In this document: piece by piece, positions 61,069 to 64,000 of the stretch
How positions within the stretch are numbered: the stretch's first letter is position 1
Layout: the number at the start of each line of letters is the position of its first letter
Origin: Oculina patagonica
Taxonomy: Eukaryota
Direction of reading: 5' to 3'
Assembly (NCBI RefSeq): GCF_052425735.1
Contig: NC_135764.1
Location: forward strand, 7,688,001-7,752,000
DNA length: 64,000 nt
Translations under genes and position numbers: made by a program
Notes under the pieces: generated by a model
Database searches by the model: none
Told to the model about the DNA's origin: nothing
Seen by the model: only the letters and a program-made list of their open reading frames with translations

Positions 61069-64000
61069 GGCAATGCTTCTATCTACTTCATTCTAAAGAA
61101 GGAAGAGGCAAACGCCGATTCTCAAAGCTGTGCTCTTAGAATAATTGCAGGGTGCCAGGAGCTCTATGTAAGAAATCTTGGGTGCCCAGCTCTTAAAAGA
61201 TTCTATGATAGCAAAGTTATACAAGTCGCCCAAAGACAAAAGTAGGTCGCCTGTGGCACCCGGGCTCTGCTAGAGCACAGCTTTGATTCTGATGACCTGT
61301 CAAGCTTTTCCAATTCATAGGACTGAAACATATTTATCCTACACTGTACCTTTTACAGGCGGAGTTGACGGCAGCCATTCCTAAAGTTGGAGCTGCTTCA
61401 TCGTCATCATCCTCCAGTCCCGCTGTTCAGGAACTGAGAAAACTGATGGAACAAGTTGACACCATCAAGGCTGAAAGAGACGCCATGGAACAGGACTTGA
61501 AAGTACAACAGGACGATATGGGTGAGTAGGGCAAGATACGGGGGTGATAATAGTTATCTACATGGATTGGAAAGATAAGGCTGAAGGGTTGAAAAATCAT
61601 CAAATAATGAAATGCCACTCTTTTGGATAATCACAGTTGACGGGGAAAAAGAAATATCCTTATGCAGTATATTGGTACGTACATCGAAAAAAAATTACAA
61701 TAAAATGGACAAAAACGAAGGACCGTGTACGTTTATCAGTAATTATAAAGAGAGGAAATTTTAAAAAAGGAAACAAACACAAGAAAAAACATTGCATCTG
61801 AAAATGATAAAACAATTGAGATTTGCGATCAAGATATTACAATAGGGGGTTAATTGGATACAAACTGGTAAGGAGTCCTCTGAGCTAAAATATATCAGGA
61901 TGTCCGCCTACCATACTATTCATGTACCTGTATGTTGTGAAATGAATAGTTTGAGAGCTAAAACCACCAAGAAGTTCTTCTATCACGTGCTAATTCAGAA
62001 TGTGTTCTGTCTTTTTGTAGCCGTAAAGTTTCTCAGCGCTCTTGCTGCCGATGGTACTATCCCGGATGTTGAGGGAATAATTAGTTCTAACCTGAGCGCA
62101 GGGTTTGACTCGCTGAAAGAAAGTGTTACTGAGAGCATTGCGAGGCAAGAGAAGATTCTCGCTGCAGTTCAGGTATGTAAAATTGCATCTTGTTGAGATA
62201 CAGTTGAAACCCGGTAACTCGAACCTTTAATAACTTGCTCCTCCTGCTAAGAAGAACCTGTTAGGCTAAAATTTGGAAATTAGACCCCATTTTTATAAGA
62301 ATCTATTATGCCTCAAATTTGGAAACAGGTTCTTAATGTCTAAAATTGCTTAAAAATGTTTACTTTTGGGAAATAGGTTTGGACAAAGTATTACTGTGCA
62401 TGTATATATACCAGTTATGCAACGCTTTCGAGTGGTATACTATGGAATATCCCAGGAGTCACTTGTATTTTCTCGGTATACACACGAGCCTTTAGACGAG
62501 TGTGTGTACGAAGAAAATACAAGTAACAAGTGGGATATTCCATAGTATACCACGAGAAAGTGTTGTGTAACTATTTTATACCATGCCATAGAAAATACGC
62601 TGACTAAATTTCATCGAAAATAAGATCGCAGCGCACGATGGAAAGGTTGGGTTGAATACCGTCGAATCTACAACGGCTTTCCTGTATTCTGATTGGCTGT
62701 ATTTTCTATGGCATGGTATAAATTGTCATATTCTAAATGATTAGTGCTTCATTTTTACATATGCACTTAAAATGGTTTGCAAATTTTATACAAGGAATAG
62801 GCCGAATACCACGAAAAGTATTATTGGCATTATTGGAAAATAAGAACCTATTAAGAATCTGAATAACCTAAATTTCTCATTACCATTTTTATAAGAACTA
62901 GGCTAACCTAAAAAAATAGCCTCTTACTCGAGGGTTTTTACTGTACAACTCAAAAGTTTCTCGCTTTTGTTTGTTTTTGTTGTAATGTTTTCCTCCGTTT
63001 TATAATTTCAGGCTGCAAATGATAAATTCGTCAAAGAAAAACAGTCCGGTCAGGCAGCAACTGAACGTGAAAGCATGCTGAAAGATCTGGCGACAGCTTA
63101 TGACATTTACATGGAGCTCATTGGTAATCTACAGGAAGGAACTAAGGTACGACGCGACTGAGACTGTGTCACGCTACTGAGTTCATGTTTTTTCACGCTC
63201 GGATGAAACAAGTTGCAAATAATGATCCCTTGTTTTTTTCTGTTTTAGTTCTACAATGATTTCACTCCGATCCTGATTCGCTACCAGCAAAAAGCCAGCG
63301 ATCTTATTTTCGCTCGCAAAACAGAGCGTGAGGAGCTGTCCAGGTAATGTTTTGGTCACTTGGTAATCTCAGGTTAAAATGTTCAGTTATACTCGTACTC
63401 ACAATAAGGAAACCGGAATTAAATGCTAGTGTTGATCAATCAGCCACTAGGTCTTGGTCTGTCGAAAAACAAACTATAATTTAACCGTCATTCTCATTGC
63501 AGAGATCTTCAGAAGACGATAGCCAACCAGCCGGCAGAACCAACTCCTCAAGCACCACCACATCATCAACCACCAGGTCAGTAAGCAGTACTCTACTCTA
63601 TAGGGGTTACAGGAAACAAGCGTAAGACGCAATGACCAAAACCCTTTTCAATGCAACCCCAATTTCTTGAACCCTAACATTCTCGAACCTTCCGATAACT
63701 CGAACCAAAAAGCTGTTTCCATTCGTTTTGCTTCACTCGGTCAAACACTGTATGTTAACCCCCCCCCCCCCCCCCCCCCCTTCGATTTCTCGTACTCCCA
63801 ATTTCTGGAACCAGTTTTGTTTTTTTTAGAGGCTCGAGAAATGGATTCTCCTGTAGATTTCATTTTAATAGTCACGCGCTAGAGTTTCAGCCACAAACTT
63901 AAAGTTAGAACCACTTTGTACTTCATGATTAAGAGTAGAACAATCGAATGACTTCATTTCTTGATTGCAATGTTTTTCTGTTTCATTTCAGGTGCGCGAG
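48896..64000 (+). CDS. PDCD6IP: Programmed cell death 6-interacting protein (ALIX; Bro1 + V domain + start of Pro-rich tail), 3'-truncated by the window
   Basis: Exons 48896-49098, 53604-53658, 53987-54053, 54512-54639, 55038-55191, 56512-56621, 57075-57191, 57463-57522, 57969-58255, 59447-59624, 60374-60595, 61359-61521, 62021-62172, 63012-63146, 63249-63343, 63503-63576, 63992-. Motifs: RYYDQL, FTWYDAFDKGSLFG, YERLCLLFNIG, MLAQGQE, KKDNEFIYH, LASLNLPAAIED, LPELLQRNREILDE, NLQEGTKFYND. Confidence 0.95.
50702..52300. mobile_element. Degenerate Tc1/mariner-like MITE nested in the Kolobok-like element
   Basis: Imperfect TIRs CGTATTTACTCGATTAAACGC / GTGTTTGATTTGAGAAAACACGG|TA; internal AATAAAC(A/G)CCGG repeats. 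Confidence 0.5.
50735..51695. mobile_element. hAT-like non-autonomous transposon, copy B (inverted relative to copy A)
   Basis: Same TIR CAGGGTCCGAAATT; near-identical reverse complement of 16672-17623; flanked by CCGAT on both sides. Confidence 0.9.
55810..56450. mobile_element. Mutator-like non-autonomous element
   Basis: TIR CACCCTGCG(A/T)GCAGAGCC; 9-bp TSD CTTGTCATG at 55801-55809 and 56451-56459. Confidence 0.85.
58360..58700. repeat. Degenerate minisatellite-like repeat (3 units)
   Basis: AACAG..CCAC..TGCTCAGTAGCTTTCATTT..GGTCACACAC..GGGTTT..ATCCACA recurs with substitutions. Confidence 0.55.
58861..59410. mobile_element. MITE with long TIR and TTTCGCGA subrepeats
   Basis: TTATTACATGAAATTTTCGCGACACGTTAATTTCGCGA / TCGCGAAATTAACGTGTCGCGAAAATTTCATGTAATAA. 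Confidence 0.8.

Noticed and set aside
60780-61245. Poly-Pro / poly-Gly ORFs
   Set aside because: Produced by an intronic poly-G homopolymer at ~61032-61066.
62201-62943. A single TA-flanked element
   Set aside because: The two ends match poorly and probably belong to different repeat fragments; boundaries not supportable.

Overview
AT-rich, intron-containing animal genomic DNA. The repeat families and gene architecture suggest an anthozoan/stony coral (inference). Five spliced protein-coding genes can be rebuilt by hand with canonical GT-AG junctions and consistent phases: (1) a kelch-repeat beta-propeller protein (+, 499-7291, 5' end unresolved); (2) sterol O-acyltransferase SOAT1/ACAT (-, 14 exons, ~552 aa, 10975-30368); (3) a creatine-kinase-fold protein (+, 6 exons, ~415 aa, 31601-36478), head-to-head with SOAT1; (4) a FAM124-family protein (+, 45486-46493); (5) PDCD6IP/ALIX (+, from 48896, truncated at the window end). 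Introns and intergenic DNA are packed with non-autonomous DNA transposons (TA, TTA, TTAA, 8-bp and 9-bp TSD classes, several nested or foldback), tRNA-derived SINEs, and a full-length L1/Tx1-type LINE inserted into a MITE in SOAT1 intron 6. There is a 160-N gap. The strongest candidate for new biology is the creatine-kinase-like gene. Its ORF is intact and has a mitochondrial-CK-like N-terminus, yet most catalytic and ATP-binding residues are replaced, and three active-site arginines reappear two residues further along their beta-strands. This suggests a pseudoenzyme or a repurposed ligand-binding site. All calls are by eye; no database searches were run.
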